Assembly (NCBI GenBank): GCA_040767365.1
Contig: JAXGOR010000002.1
Span: 247,150 to 311,149, forward strand
DNA from: Clostridia bacterium
GTDB taxonomy: Bacteria; Bacillota; Clostridia; Saccharofermentanales; DTU023
Length of the DNA: 64,000 bases
Direction: 5' to 3'
The notes under the pieces were generated by a model. The model did not search any database and had not been told where the DNA came from. It saw nothing but the letters and a program-made list of their open reading frames with translations. Each line of letters begins with the position of its first letter. Positions within the stretch are counted from its first letter, which is position 1. Shown one piece after another: positions 47,848 through 58,322 of the stretch. The position numbers were made by a program, and so were the translations under genes.

Positions 47848-48918
47848 TTACCAAACCATATTACACTCGATGCAAGGGTATGTGAGATTTGCAAAAGTAT
47901 TTAAGATGGACTCAAAAATAATTTGTGCTCCCGTGCAGGGCACCGCCATCCCAATTTGTCGTCGAACTTGTTCCTTTGTTCCCTGGAAAAAGAAATCATC
48001 TGGAAAAGTCTGTAACCTGGCTCGCTCGCGGTTTGTTAGTGCACGATGTTCCTTGTAATGATAGATGTGCGTACCACCTCCTCCGGACCCAGTTACAGTG
48101 TATGCGGGCTTGTCTGGGTCTAGCCTCTTATATATTTGACTGATTTTGGCGCCCTTAACATTTAGCTGTAATTCGGGTGGAAGATCCGCAGTGAAGGCAT
48201 TTTCTCCAGGTTTGATGTGTTTCAATCTTTCGACAACAATTGATGACTGATTTGTAAATTCATGATTCAAGGCGTCGGGAGAAATGGGGGGATTTTCAAG
48301 CGCATTTCGGCAAGTGTTATCAATGCTCAAGTATGGTTCTGTTGAAGGCGGAAAAAAGTGCATAGGTAGATCTTCTCTAATCCCCACGATTATAATCCTA
48401 TGGCGTGCTTGCGGAACTCCGTATTGCTCAAACTTATATAGATGAGGATATATCCGATAACCTGCTTGGATGAAGTGTTCGAAAATTATTGCCAATGCCC
48501 CGCCTTTGTTTGCGCTCCTTAATCCGCCAACATTTTCTGCTAGGAACCACAGCGGTTGATGAGATTTCAAGACCTTGACGCCGTACGAATACAACGGGCC
48601 ATAGTCACCGTCAATCCCTCTTTGTTCGCCAACCACCGAGAAGTCATTGCAGGGGAAACCAAATGAAAGTGCATCAATCGCGGGCAAAGAAAAGGTATCC
48701 AGTTCCCTAACATCTTCTTGAATAACACTTTCCGGAACGCCCGGGCATATATTGAATCTAAAAGTTTCACAGGCTGCCGGATCAATGTCGGTAGCCCAAA
48801 TGTGCTTGATTCTGTGTTGACCGTCGAGCGAACGTGCCTGCATACCACCGTATGCTAGTCCTCCAGGCCCACAAAACAACTCGCCCATTCGATAAATAGT
48901 ATCCGTCTCGGTTGCCAA
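47848..48918 (-). CDS. DNA (cytosine-5)-methyltransferase
   Basis: Motif I ELFCGPGGL, motif IV GFPCNDFS, motif VI LAENVGGL, motif VIII QARHRIIIVG, motif X RALTNRERARLQTFPDDF. TTG start, 7 nt after GGAG. Confidence 0.9.
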   Translation of the reverse strand: MATETDTIYRMGELFCGPGGLAYGGMQARSLDGQHRIKHIWATDIDPAACETFRFNICPGVPESVIQEDVRELDTFSLPAIDALSFGFPCNDFSVVGEQRGIDGDYGPLYSYGVKVLKSHQPLWFLAENVGGLRSANKGGALAIIFEHFIQAGYRIYPHLYKFEQYGVPQARHRIIIVGIREDLPMHFFPPSTEPYLSIDNTCRNALENPPISPDALNHEFTNQSSIVVERLKHIKPGENAFTADLPPELQLNVKGAKISQIYKRLDPDKPAYTVTGSGGGGTHIYHYKEHRALTNRERARLQTFPDDFFFQGTKEQVRRQIGMAVPCTGAQIIFESILNTFANLTYPCIECNMVW

Positions 48919-49513
48919 ATTTGAACTCCTTCGGATTTTCCTATTTGAAGCCTATGGATAAACTGCTTGACCAAATGCGGCATACCCGCTTCAGATATGT
49001 CACCCACTTTTTGTGTCTGAACGAAATGTTCACTTCATTAAAAATCATATCATTCTTAGAATTGCGTTGCTGATTACATTTTTGATATTGGCATCAATTG
49101 TGATAGATCACAATATTGAGGAATTAAAATCCCAATTTCGTGTATCGTGCCGATCAAGCAGAATCAAACACGTAACCACCTTTTGGGAGACCACGCCCTC
49201 TCCAAGGTCAGAGGCGTACTCAGCCATTGCATTATTTATCTCAATCTCGCTCCTTGTTGTTCTAAGCATTATCATCAACAAAGATCCATAGACGCTCTAG
49301 GGTGGGGACCGCCTTTCGAAGACGAGCTTCTCTTCTATCATCTGTAGCCCTGACCGACACAGTTCGCTCTAACCTGACGAGCAAATTAAATATCACATAT
49401 CTCAAATAATTATTCCAGCACAATAACTCATATTATATGCAGCACACTCCACGATGCCGAGCACCTTGCCTCCAGACATATTCCGTCAACTTGTAATAAC
49501 TCGTATAGTTGAC

Positions 49514-51202
49514 GATAAATGACAAGCTAACCTGGACAGTAGAGTAGAGATCCAAGAAATCTTGAAACGAAATGTAGCGAGGGGTTTGGCAGTCATTAGA
49601 AAAACCCCGTAAAGCGAAGATAAATGGTAGAATAAGGAGCACGGCAGGAAAGAAGAGCGCGCTTAACAGAACCATCGAGCTATTAGCCGTTTACGACACT
49701 TTAAGCTGGATGGCCTGGAACGTTAGAGAAGAACACGATTCAGGGCGAGCCTTTTAGATCAGCAACTTATTTATCTAAGATGCCGGGCCGTAAAACTACT
49801 TGGGAAGGATCGATCAGAACGCCTAAGCGTTCCAGGATGTCCCTCGAAGTAGCGCTGAATGACTGGAGTGGTGTCTGGTCATTCAGCTTTTTCTGGGGAA
49901 ACCGTTGACATGGCCCATGACCTGGTCCAGATCTTCCTGGGTCAAGTCATTGAAAGACGTCCCCTGGGTAAAATGCGCCTTAGTGCTTGTGGGCCCTTCC
50001 ACTCCAGGCTTCTGGTTTGGCATCCCCGGGTCACAATAGTAGATCCGGGTCCGCCTTTGGCCTTCTTGGTCAAACTCAATGGCAACAGGATTGGAGAACT
50101 CCGATCCGTTGTCGGTGAGGAGGACCGGGAAAGTCGACAAAAGCTGTCCCGGCCCAGGACATCGTAGAGGCGATTAAAGCAATCGATGACGGACTGGGCC
50201 GTATTACGTTCTCTCAAGTATAAGAGGAGCAAGGAGGACTCTTGAAATAGAGGACAAGATGACCTTGCCCCCGACCGTCCCGATGACCGTGTCCATCTCG
50301 ACGACGGGCCAGGGGTCCTCCCCCATGAAGGCCAGGTAGTCCTGGTAGGTCCTCCCCGACGGCGGCCTTGTCAATCTTGTGCTCCCGCCCTTTCTTCTGG
50401 GCCGGTAACGGATCTTGTAGGGCAGGTCAAAGCCTGAGATCAGCCAGGGCTCGGTCCTGGATGAGCCGGTAGATGGTCCGGTGAGGAGCAAGGTAGTTCG
50501 TTCTGTGGTTGGCCCAGATGATGTGGCGATAGCCCCGCTTGAGATCTGCCTTCACGATCTTGCGGATGGAGTCGACCTCTTCAGGCGAATAAGACCTCCC
50601 TTGACGGGATTCGGACAGGAGCTCCAGGTATTGATGGTGGGCAACGGTGGGTCATGTACTCGTAGCGGTCAGGCCACAACGGTGCTTTTGTTTACAGCCA
50701 TGGCACATAGGGTGCCTTTTGCAGGCGTAGGCAGTATTCTTCTTCGAAGTCAGGGCAAGAGGAGAGCGCCTCCTTGCAGGAGTGCACAGGTTTTCTTCTT
50801 GAGTAGAGCCTGCCACATAAAAGTTGGGCAGGACAGTGGAATCGGTGCTTACAAGGATTAGCGGGTATTGAAGGCATCTCTCGATACGGCTCCGATGCTT
50901 TTTTATCTCCTGGGAGATGGTGGTGGGGGATTTACCCAAGTCTTTTGCGATCTTACGAAAAGAGTCGGCTGCCTTCCAGTTTCATTTTGATTAGGACTCT
51001 GTCCTCCAGGGTCAGGTGTTTAGTGGCTCATGGCAACCTCCTTGGGGAAGGCCCGCCTTGAGCTTGGTTCTTCTCTTGGGACAGTATAAAGTTTTGGTTG
51101 ATGAAAGAGGTTACTCTTGCCAGATTAAGTGGATATTCTATTTGCCAGATTAAGCTGGACGTTTTTTTGACTCACTCGTCCAGGTTACATTGTCATTTAT
51201 CT
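49514..51202 (-). mobile_element. IS30-family element, copy 2 (transposase pseudogene)
   Basis: Same terminal repeats as copy 1, in inverted orientation. 14-bp TSD CTCGTATAGTTGAC at 49500-49513 and 51203-51216. The transposase is fragmented across frames, with a premature TAA at codon 4 and several frameshifts (ORF-track fragments at 49883-50140, 50204-50491 and 50652-50939). Confidence 0.85.
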
Positions 51203-51296
51203 CTCGTATAGTTGACCCTACATATAGTTGACTTTATAGATATTAGTCTATAAATTTGTTTCGTGATTATTAATGCACAAGAGAGGAGTCATTATT
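51203..51296 (+). promoter_or_regulatory. Candidate promoter/operator region of the BMP-ABC operon
   Basis: Direct repeats TATAGTTGAC at 51207-51216 and 51223-51232, each containing a TTGAC -35-like hexamer. Palindrome TTTATAGA-N6-TCTATAAA at 51233-51254. RBS GAGGAG at 51283-51288. This is an inference only. Confidence 0.3.
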
Positions 51297-52351
51297 ATGA
51301 AACGTATTGCACTTTTATTAGTCATCGCACTGCTTACTACAGTGCTGTTCTCCCTGCAGCCGCCGGTGGAGGAACCTACGCAACCAAGTAAGGAAGACTT
51401 AGCCCCAGAACCTTCTGTCACCGAAACTGAGGGTGATACCCAGAGCCAGTTGATTATTCTAATATGAAGGTCGTAATCCTGTTGCCCGGTGTGATTACAG
51501 ATGGCGGCTGGTGCTCCATTGGCCACAGCATAGTCGAAAATTTGTCGGACAAGTATGGTATGACTGGTTCTTATGTCGAAAACATTGCCGTTTCTGACAT
51601 GGAAGAATATTTGAGGATGTACGCTGAAGATAATTATGATTTGATTATCGTTCACGGGTCACAATATATAGATAACATGATCAAGGCCGCTAAAGAATTT
51701 CCAGAAATCAACTTTTGCGTTTCATACGGAGATGAGGATGTCTCGGAAGGACTCAATAATGTTGGTTGCGCAGGGATGAAAAACATGGGAATTATGATAG
51801 GCGCAATTATGGGAGTGTTGACCGATGATAACCACGTGTGTTTCCTTGCGGGAGAAGAAAATCCGGTCTTCACTGGGATGGTTAATACGATCGAAGAAGG
51901 TGTTCGCCTTACAAACAAAGAATGCAAAGTCGACCTTGCCTATATCGGCACCATCACTGACCAAAGTATGGCCAAAGAAATGGCAATAAGCTACATCGAT
52001 GCGGGTGTAGATGTCATTTCCTCTGCCGCTAATGCTGCACAAGTCGGGGTACTCGAAGCTGCTGAAGAAAAAGGAATATTGTGCCTTGGGACCAACACGG
52101 ATCAGTATGAACTCGCGCCAGACGCAGTAGTGCTATCAGTAATGCGTAATTATCCTGCTATCTATGAGAATGTAGTAATTGACATTGCGAATGGTACATT
52201 TGCCGGTGGTCTCCTCGATTATGGACTTGCTCAAAATGGGACCCTCGTGTCCGAGTGGCATGGATGGGATGAAAAATTGCCTACTGAAAAAGTCGACGAA
52301 GTCAATCGTGTAGTCGCGGGTTTGTTAGCCGGAGAGTTTGGTGATTATTAG
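51297..52351 (+). pseudogene. BMP-family (PnrA-like) ABC substrate-binding protein, split into a signal-peptide ORF and a mature-domain ORF
   Basis: 51297-51467 encodes MKRIALLLVIALLTTVLFS... plus a linker. 51464-52351 encodes KVVILLPGVITDGGW..., the typical start of a mature BMP domain. The two frames overlap at ATGA, so a single -1 shift within 51438-51464 would fuse them. Confidence 0.6.
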
Positions 52352-52918
52352 GCAACCCGTGCGTAGTTTTGTGATATTTCTATATTTGTAGTGATACATG
52401 AGACTCCCTCGCGCATTGAAAGATGTCGAGATCAAGGAGAGTTCCCCAGCAGCGAGACTCCATTACGAAACAAAAGTGTTCAAATGGAGGATCGCTGTTG
52501 GGGAGAAACATCCACATCAGTGTTGAAGTTTTTGCTACACATCGAAGTATCTCCTTCTGGTCAAAGGTGTAAGATTATCGCTTCTAACCTCTGAATGGTT
52601 TTTGTGCCTCCGAGACGAGATGCCTGTTGCTAATAAATTCGCGGTGGATGGTCTTGAAAAATGAAAATTGTCGAGATAGTTGCATTTGATAACTCGCATT
52701 CTTGGCGTAGATAAAGGCTTGCATTCTTGAAATGTACCGACGCGTTATCATCGAGAATCGACTGCTTAGGTGTTTTTTAATGTGTTCGAAAAGTTGCGCA
52801 TTGATGGCGAGAATACTGATTGCAGTCCAGCGGACCGAAGTGAACCTAGTCAAGCTCCATCAAATGGCTAAACGATAATAAGTATGAGAATAAATGGACC
52901 GTGAAGGAATTCAATTAA

Positions 52919-53998
52919 ATGAAATCAAATGTTAAGAAATTCTGTAACCGTCTTGATTTGTGGCAAGTATCGGTATCAGTATTTTCAATTTGTGTATCGA
53001 TGCTAGTTGGTATCGGCCTAATTGCTTTGATGGGTATAGACCCAGTCAAGGCCCTCAACTCCCTATGGGAAGGCTCTTTTAGCAGTATAAAGGCTGTTGC
53101 CGAAACTACCGTAAAAATGACTCCCCTCCTATTTACTGGGATGAGTTATGCTCTTGCCAACAGATGTGGATTGACCAATCTTGGTATGGAGGGCCAGCTT
53201 TATATGGGGGCGTTATTCGCTTCCATTGTTGGCATCTATGTCAGCGGCTTGCCTAGCATTTTGCATGTACTACTCACAATTTTGGCCGGTATGTTGGGGG
53301 GCGGATTGTGGGGATTAATTGCAGGTACCCTGAAAGTATTCTTTCGAGCTAGTGAAATCATTACTACCGTTATGTTGAACACAATCGCTATAAACTTAGT
53401 TGAGTTTATGGTGAATGGCCCAATTATTGAGCCACCCGGCATCAACAACCAAACGAGACCCGTACTTGAAAGCGCGCGGCTAAATAGAATAGTGCCAGAT
53501 ATGCGAGCACATTGGGGATTTCTAGTCGCGATAATGGTTCTGATCTTGTTTTGGTTTTTCCTATTTAAAAGTAAAAAAGGATTTGAGGTTCGAGTGTCAG
53601 GTCAGAATACATTCGCAGCGACTTATTCTGGCATTAATACGAGAAGAAACATTTTGTTGATTATGTTTCTGGCAGGTGGCGTCGCTGGACTCGCTGGATG
53701 TATTGAAATAATTGGCGTTCAGACTAGGTTGGTTCCTGTAATATCACCTGGGTATGGGTTTGATGGAATTGCGGTGTCCCTCATCGGAAACAACGCTCCT
53801 TGGGGCATATTCTTCGGCGCCTTATTGTTCGGTGCTTTCCGTGCTGGAGGTAATCGTATGCAAATGCGTACACAAACTCCAATCACTATCATAAGTGTGA
53901 TCCAGGCATTGGTGATCATTGCAGTTATTAGCGGGAATATTCTAACGGACAAAATTAAAGCACGTAAGATGGTTTATTCACAGTCTGCAACGGAATAA
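52919..53998 (+). CDS. ABC transporter permease (BMP/nucleoside-type, first subunit)
   Basis: 359 aa, polytopic, and in the same operon as the BMP binding protein and the double-cassette ATPase. Confidence 0.8.
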   Translation: MKSNVKKFCNRLDLWQVSVSVFSICVSMLVGIGLIALMGIDPVKALNSLWEGSFSSIKAVAETTVKMTPLLFTGMSYALANRCGLTNLGMEGQLYMGALFASIVGIYVSGLPSILHVLLTILAGMLGGGLWGLIAGTLKVFFRASEIITTVMLNTIAINLVEFMVNGPIIEPPGINNQTRPVLESARLNRIVPDMRAHWGFLVAIMVLILFWFFLFKSKKGFEVRVSGQNTFAATYSGINTRRNILLIMFLAGGVAGLAGCIEIIGVQTRLVPVISPGYGFDGIAVSLIGNNAPWGIFFGALLFGAFRAGGNRMQMRTQTPITIISVIQALVIIAVISGNILTDKIKARKMVYSQSATE

Positions 53999-54011
53999 AG
54001 GAGGAAAATAT

Positions 54012-54935
54012 ATGAATGTTTTGCAAATAATTGCCGGTCATATTTCGTCTGACATACGGATGGCGACTCCGATTCTATTTGCTGGCTTGGGTTTATTGCT
54101 GATTAATCATAGCGGGCTTCTTTGCATTGGTGCCGAGGGTATCATGCTCATGGCCTCCCTTACAGCAGTTATCGGATCATTTTACACTGGGAGTGTTGCT
54201 ATCGGATTTGCCTGTGCCTTGTTAGCAGGGATTGTGATGGGATTACTATTCGCCTTTCTTACTGTCACTGTAAAGGCAAATCAAATCGTAACCGGCGTCG
54301 CAATTAATGTTCTTGGATCAGGCCTTTCTGCGACGATAAGCAGACTATTGTTTGATGTAGGTAAACCAACAAAAATTCCAGTATTCCAAAATATTTCGAT
54401 TCCTGTCTTGTCTCGTATACCATTCTTCGGGAAAGCTTTATTCAGCCATATGTTGCCCGTGTATTTGGCATTTGTATTAGTCCCCATACTGACTTTTTAT
54501 TTGTTCCGTACTCAGAGAGGTCTGAACTTACGGGCCGTTGGGGAAGATCCTAAAGTCTCAGATACAATGGGAATTAATATTTTCCGTACACAGTATCTTG
54601 CGACGATTGCCGGCGGTTTGCTAATTGCCGCTGGTGGTGCCTTCCTTTCAACAGGTTTAGTATCTTCATTCTCTGAAGAAATGGTGTCTGGTAGAGGTTT
54701 CATCGCTTTAGCCGCGGTAATCTTTGGCCGTTATAAACCAGCAGGTGTTTTGCTGGCGTCCGTTGTATTTGTAACAGGTAACGTCCTCTCAAACGTTTTG
54801 CAGGTAGCTGGAACTCCCATTCCGTACACATTGCTAACTATGACGCCGTATCTATTAACAATTATTGCTCTTACCATCTTCGCAAAAGGAGCGGTTGCCC
54901 CCGCTTCACTGGGTAGGATATATAGAAGGGGATAA
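54012..54935 (+). CDS. ABC transporter permease (BMP/nucleoside-type, second subunit)
   Basis: 307 aa, polytopic, starting 13 nt after the first permease. Confidence 0.8.
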   Translation: MNVLQIIAGHISSDIRMATPILFAGLGLLLINHSGLLCIGAEGIMLMASLTAVIGSFYTGSVAIGFACALLAGIVMGLLFAFLTVTVKANQIVTGVAINVLGSGLSATISRLLFDVGKPTKIPVFQNISIPVLSRIPFFGKALFSHMLPVYLAFVLVPILTFYLFRTQRGLNLRAVGEDPKVSDTMGINIFRTQYLATIAGGLLIAAGGAFLSTGLVSSFSEEMVSGRGFIALAAVIFGRYKPAGVLLASVVFVTGNVLSNVLQVAGTPIPYTLLTMTPYLLTIIALTIFAKGAVAPASLGRIYRRG

Positions 54936-54942
54936 GTGGTTT

Positions 54943-56472
54943 ATGGACAAAATCATTGAAATGAAACACATCTCGAAATACTTCCCTGGAGTCAAAGCTT
55001 GTGATGATATAAATCTTGATATAGAGCGAGGAGAAGTTCATGCTCTTTTAGGTGAAAATGGGGCGGGTAAAACTACGCTTATGAATATTCTGTGTGGTTT
55101 GTACAAGCAGACAGATGGAGAGATATGGATCGATGGTGAACCGGTCCGATTCACATCCGCTAAAGACGCTATGGCTATTGGCATTGGAATGGTACATCAA
55201 CATTTTATGCTCATTCCTTCTCTAACCGTAGCTGAAAATTGTCTTATTGGAAATAAATCTAGCGCCCTTAAGATTGATATCAAGCGTACCTCAAATGAAA
55301 TTGAATCACTTGCTGATCAATACAATATGCCTATTGATCCCAATGTAATCGTATCTTCTTTATCAGTTGGTGAAATGCAAAGGGTGGAGATAATTAAAAC
55401 CCTATACCGAGGTGCGAATATTCTAATACTTGATGAGCCAACTGCTGTATTAACTCCACAAGAAACTCAGCAACTGTTCAGTATGATACGAAACTTAACA
55501 GCAAAAGGATACACCGTACTGTTCATTAGTCACAAACTTAATGAAGTTAAAGAAATCTCTGATCGCGTCACAGTTTTGCGCCACGGTAAAATAGTTGGCA
55601 CGTTTAAAACTAGCGAGAGCCAAATAGCTGATCTTGCGCGCCATATGATAGGCCGCCCAATTGCTGAATTTGATAGAAAGCGATCACCTGTATCAGAGAA
55701 TATTACACTCAAGGTGCGAGGGCTCACGTATAGAGATAAAGGTAGTGAGAAGGCGCTTAAGGACATAGACTTAGATATTCGTTCTGGAGAAATATTGGGG
55801 ATCGCTGGAGTAGATGGGAATGGCCAGACCGAATTGATCGAATGTCTGACAGGAATGGCTAAGGCTGTTGATGGCATTGCGCAATTCAATCAATTGGACC
55901 TATTGCAATGCAAAACTCGTGAGATAATGCAGGGCGGTGTCTCGCATATTCCACAAGACAGACAAAGGACCGGCCTTGTTTTATCTATGCCATTAACTGA
56001 GAATTTTGTGTTGCAGGATTATTATTCTGAAAAATTTGGGAAATTCGGCATTATGAACTGGCGGACTGTCGACCGCTACAGTGACGAGTTGATTGAAGAG
56101 TTTGATATCAGAACGCCTGATAGAAATGAATTAGCTCAAAATTTGTCTGGCGGTAACCAACAAAAGGTTGTCGTCGCTCGTGAGATTAATCGTGAGCATA
56201 GCCTTCTTATCGCAATGCACCCAACTCGAGGGCTGGATATCGGCGCGATCGAATTTATCCACAATCAACTTATTAAAGAACGTGAGAACGGTAGAGCAAT
56301 CCTGCTAATTTCTACCGAGTTAGAAGAATTAATGAAATTATCAGATCGGATTTCAATAATGTTTGAAGGAAAAATACTAGGGACTGTTGATCCCGATGAC
56401 TCAAGTATTGAGAAAATTGGCCTTATGCTTGGGGGCGCTTCCGAGGTTCTTGAAGAACCGAGCATCTATTAA
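54943..56472 (+). CDS. ABC transporter ATP-binding protein with two ATPase cassettes
   Basis: First cassette: Walker [10 protein letters not shown], signature LSVGEMQRV, Walker B LILDEPT. Second cassette: [19 protein letters not shown] prefer ATG at 54943 (after GAAGGGGA) over 54865. Confidence 0.9.
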   Translation: MDKIIEMKHISKYFPGVKACDDINLDIERGEVHALLGENGAGKTTLMNILCGLYKQTDGEIWIDGEPVRFTSAKDAMAIGIGMVHQHFMLIPSLTVAENCLIGNKSSALKIDIKRTSNEIESLADQYNMPIDPNVIVSSLSVGEMQRVEIIKTLYRGANILILDEPTAVLTPQETQQLFSMIRNLTAKGYTVLFISHKLNEVKEISDRVTVLRHGKIVGTFKTSESQIADLARHMIGRPIAEFDRKRSPVSENITLKVRGLTYRDKGSEKALKDIDLDIRSGEILGIAGVDGNGQTELIECLTGMAKAVDGIAQFNQLDLLQCKTREIMQGGVSHIPQDRQRTGLVLSMPLTENFVLQDYYSEKFGKFGIMNWRTVDRYSDELIEEFDIRTPDRNELAQNLSGGNQQKVVVAREINREHSLLIAMHPTRGLDIGAIEFIHNQLIKERENGRAILLISTELEELMKLSDRISIMFEGKILGTVDPDDSSIEKIGLMLGGASEVLEEPSIY

Positions 56473-56530
56473 ATTTATGGTAATAGTCATAATCAATTGA
56501 TAGAGAATACCTTTATTCCAGGAGGAAACT

Positions 56531-57718
56531 GTGAAAACGTTGATCAAAAATATACTTCCCCAAAGAGAAAAAGAAAGACATGACATCTTAATCGAAGGCA
56601 GTTACATTGTTGAGGCAAGACCAGCTGGATCAATAGCTGAAATAAACAACAATATTATTGATGGCACAGATTATGTGCTATTTCCTGCCTTCGTCGATGC
56701 CCATTCACATTCAGACAAAACAATGCTTGGCCTTGAATGGTTTAACAATACGCTTAGCGATAGAATCGCTGAACGTATTTCGTTTGAGCGTACTAACAGA
56801 AAAAATTTGGGTATCGATTCTTATGTACAAGCAAAAAGGGCAATTTCATTAGCAATTGCCAACGGTACCTTATTCATGCGTAGTCACGTGGACATTGATC
56901 CATTAGTGAAGCTGTCAGGTGTTGAAGGGATTATGCAAGCGAGACAAGAGTTTGCGGATATCTTTGATTTGCAACTGGTAGCTTTCCCACAGTCCGGTAT
57001 AGTGCGAGATATTGAAACGTATGAACTTATTGAAAGATCCTTGCTAATGGGTGTCGATCTTATGGGCGGCATTGACCCTGCCGTCGTTGAGCGCGATCCG
57101 AAAGGTTCCGTCGATACCATATTTGAGCTGGCTCACAAGCATGGCGTGTCTTTGGATGTACATCTTCACGAACGTGGTGAGCTGGGCGCTTTTGATTTAG
57201 AGTTAATGCTCGAAAAAGTCGAAGCTTACGAAATGCAGGGAATGCTGACGATCAGCCATGGCCTTTGTTTAGATCATCGAAGCGATTATTACGAAGATTT
57301 GTCAGATCGAGTGGCTAAGTGCAATGTCAGCATTATCACAGGTGGACAAGCATACATCCCGTCAATACCTATGGTAAAACCACTTATCGAAAAAGGAATT
57401 TTGGTAGCAGGGGGTAATGACAGTCTGCGCGATGTTTGGAGCCCTTATGGGACAGGCGATATGTTAGAAAGAGCACAATTTATTGCCATGAGGAATTTGT
57501 TCAGGCGCGACGATGATTTGAATCTCGCCGCTGAACTTGTTACGTACAATGGAGCCAAATTATTAGGTATTGAAAATTATGGGACAGATGTTGGCGATAA
57601 AGCGAACCTTACGCTAGTTCGCGGGCGGAATGTTGCAGAGTGTGTCGCAACTTCACCAACAGATCGTATCGTGATAAGAAATGGCAAAGTGATTGCTACC
57701 AATGGCGAGTTAAATTGA
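56531..57718 (+). CDS. Amidohydrolase-superfamily enzyme (cytosine deaminase / AtzC-like)
   Basis: Metal-binding FVDAHSHSD (HxH), later HVD and DVHLHE motifs, and a C-terminal GND. GTG start 6 nt after AGGAGG. Confidence 0.7.
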   Translation: MKTLIKNILPQREKERHDILIEGSYIVEARPAGSIAEINNNIIDGTDYVLFPAFVDAHSHSDKTMLGLEWFNNTLSDRIAERISFERTNRKNLGIDSYVQAKRAISLAIANGTLFMRSHVDIDPLVKLSGVEGIMQARQEFADIFDLQLVAFPQSGIVRDIETYELIERSLLMGVDLMGGIDPAVVERDPKGSVDTIFELAHKHGVSLDVHLHERGELGAFDLELMLEKVEAYEMQGMLTISHGLCLDHRSDYYEDLSDRVAKCNVSIITGGQAYIPSIPMVKPLIEKGILVAGGNDSLRDVWSPYGTGDMLERAQFIAMRNLFRRDDDLNLAAELVTYNGAKLLGIENYGTDVGDKANLTLVRGRNVAECVATSPTDRIVIRNGKVIATNGELN

Positions 57719-57994
57719 TAGTGCCATAACCCATCGTTTGGCGTTGCTGCGAGCGTCAAATGACTGGAAGTAGCTGAATTATTTTGTAAAGGTATTGCCG
57801 GACGAGCTGTCCGAAAAGGTTCACTAGCTAGTCCGGCAAAAATGGTAGATTCAAATTATCTGTGCAATCACAAAGCGAAAATCGCTGGCTGAGAGGACGC
57901 ATTTCTCACGCTACGCCCCGTAGATCAGGTACTGTCAAGGATCCGAGCTGTTGACTGCTTATTTCGGAAGGGTAGCACAACAAGTCCGTTAAAC

Positions 57995-58102
57995 GGTACT
58001 GCCAAGGATCTTTCGCACATTTGTCTCACTTGGTAAATGTTTTAGGTTTCCCCCGGCCGGGGGGAACCTAAAACGCGGCTCATTTTCCTATGCCCCTCAT
58101 AC
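57995..58102 (-). mobile_element. Solo IS256-family right-end fragment (about 108 bp, inverted)
   Basis: Its reverse complement matches the last roughly 108 bp of copy B (59607-59714), including the terminal GGTACTG(C/T)CAAGGATCTTTCGCACATTTG and the subterminal palindrome AGGTT(T)CCCCCGG..CCGGGGGGAACCT. A further isolated 16-nt end, ggtactgtcaaggatc, lies at 57928-57943. Confidence 0.65.
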
Positions 58103-58322
58103 TGGAAACCACGCCTAACGAAGTCCACCGCCGCCCTGCTAAAAGGCGATTGGCCTTAAGGAAGCGTACTTTCCAGATGCTCGTCAAGTTATCTGAAGAA
58201 GAGTCAGCGTCACTGCTGGAGGTGATTCATCGAAGGCACCTTAAGAAGTCCACGATCTTTTCGCACCAGCCGGATGGCATCAACGAATCGCAGAGGAAAC
58301 GTTAGCCGATGCGATCCTTGAT

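Noticed and set aside
49013-49291. 92-aa ORF with two hydrophobic segments upstream of the methyltransferase, considered as an R-M controller or a small membrane protein.
   Set aside because: It has a non-ATG start, no HTH motif and no clear RBS. The support is insufficient.
52352-52918. 567-nt gap in the ABC operon containing an antisense 89-aa ORF (52584-52853) and a 67-aa sense ORF (52391-52594).
   Set aside because: Neither ORF has a recognisable motif or a convincing RBS. They may be remnants of a lost gene, but I cannot support a call.
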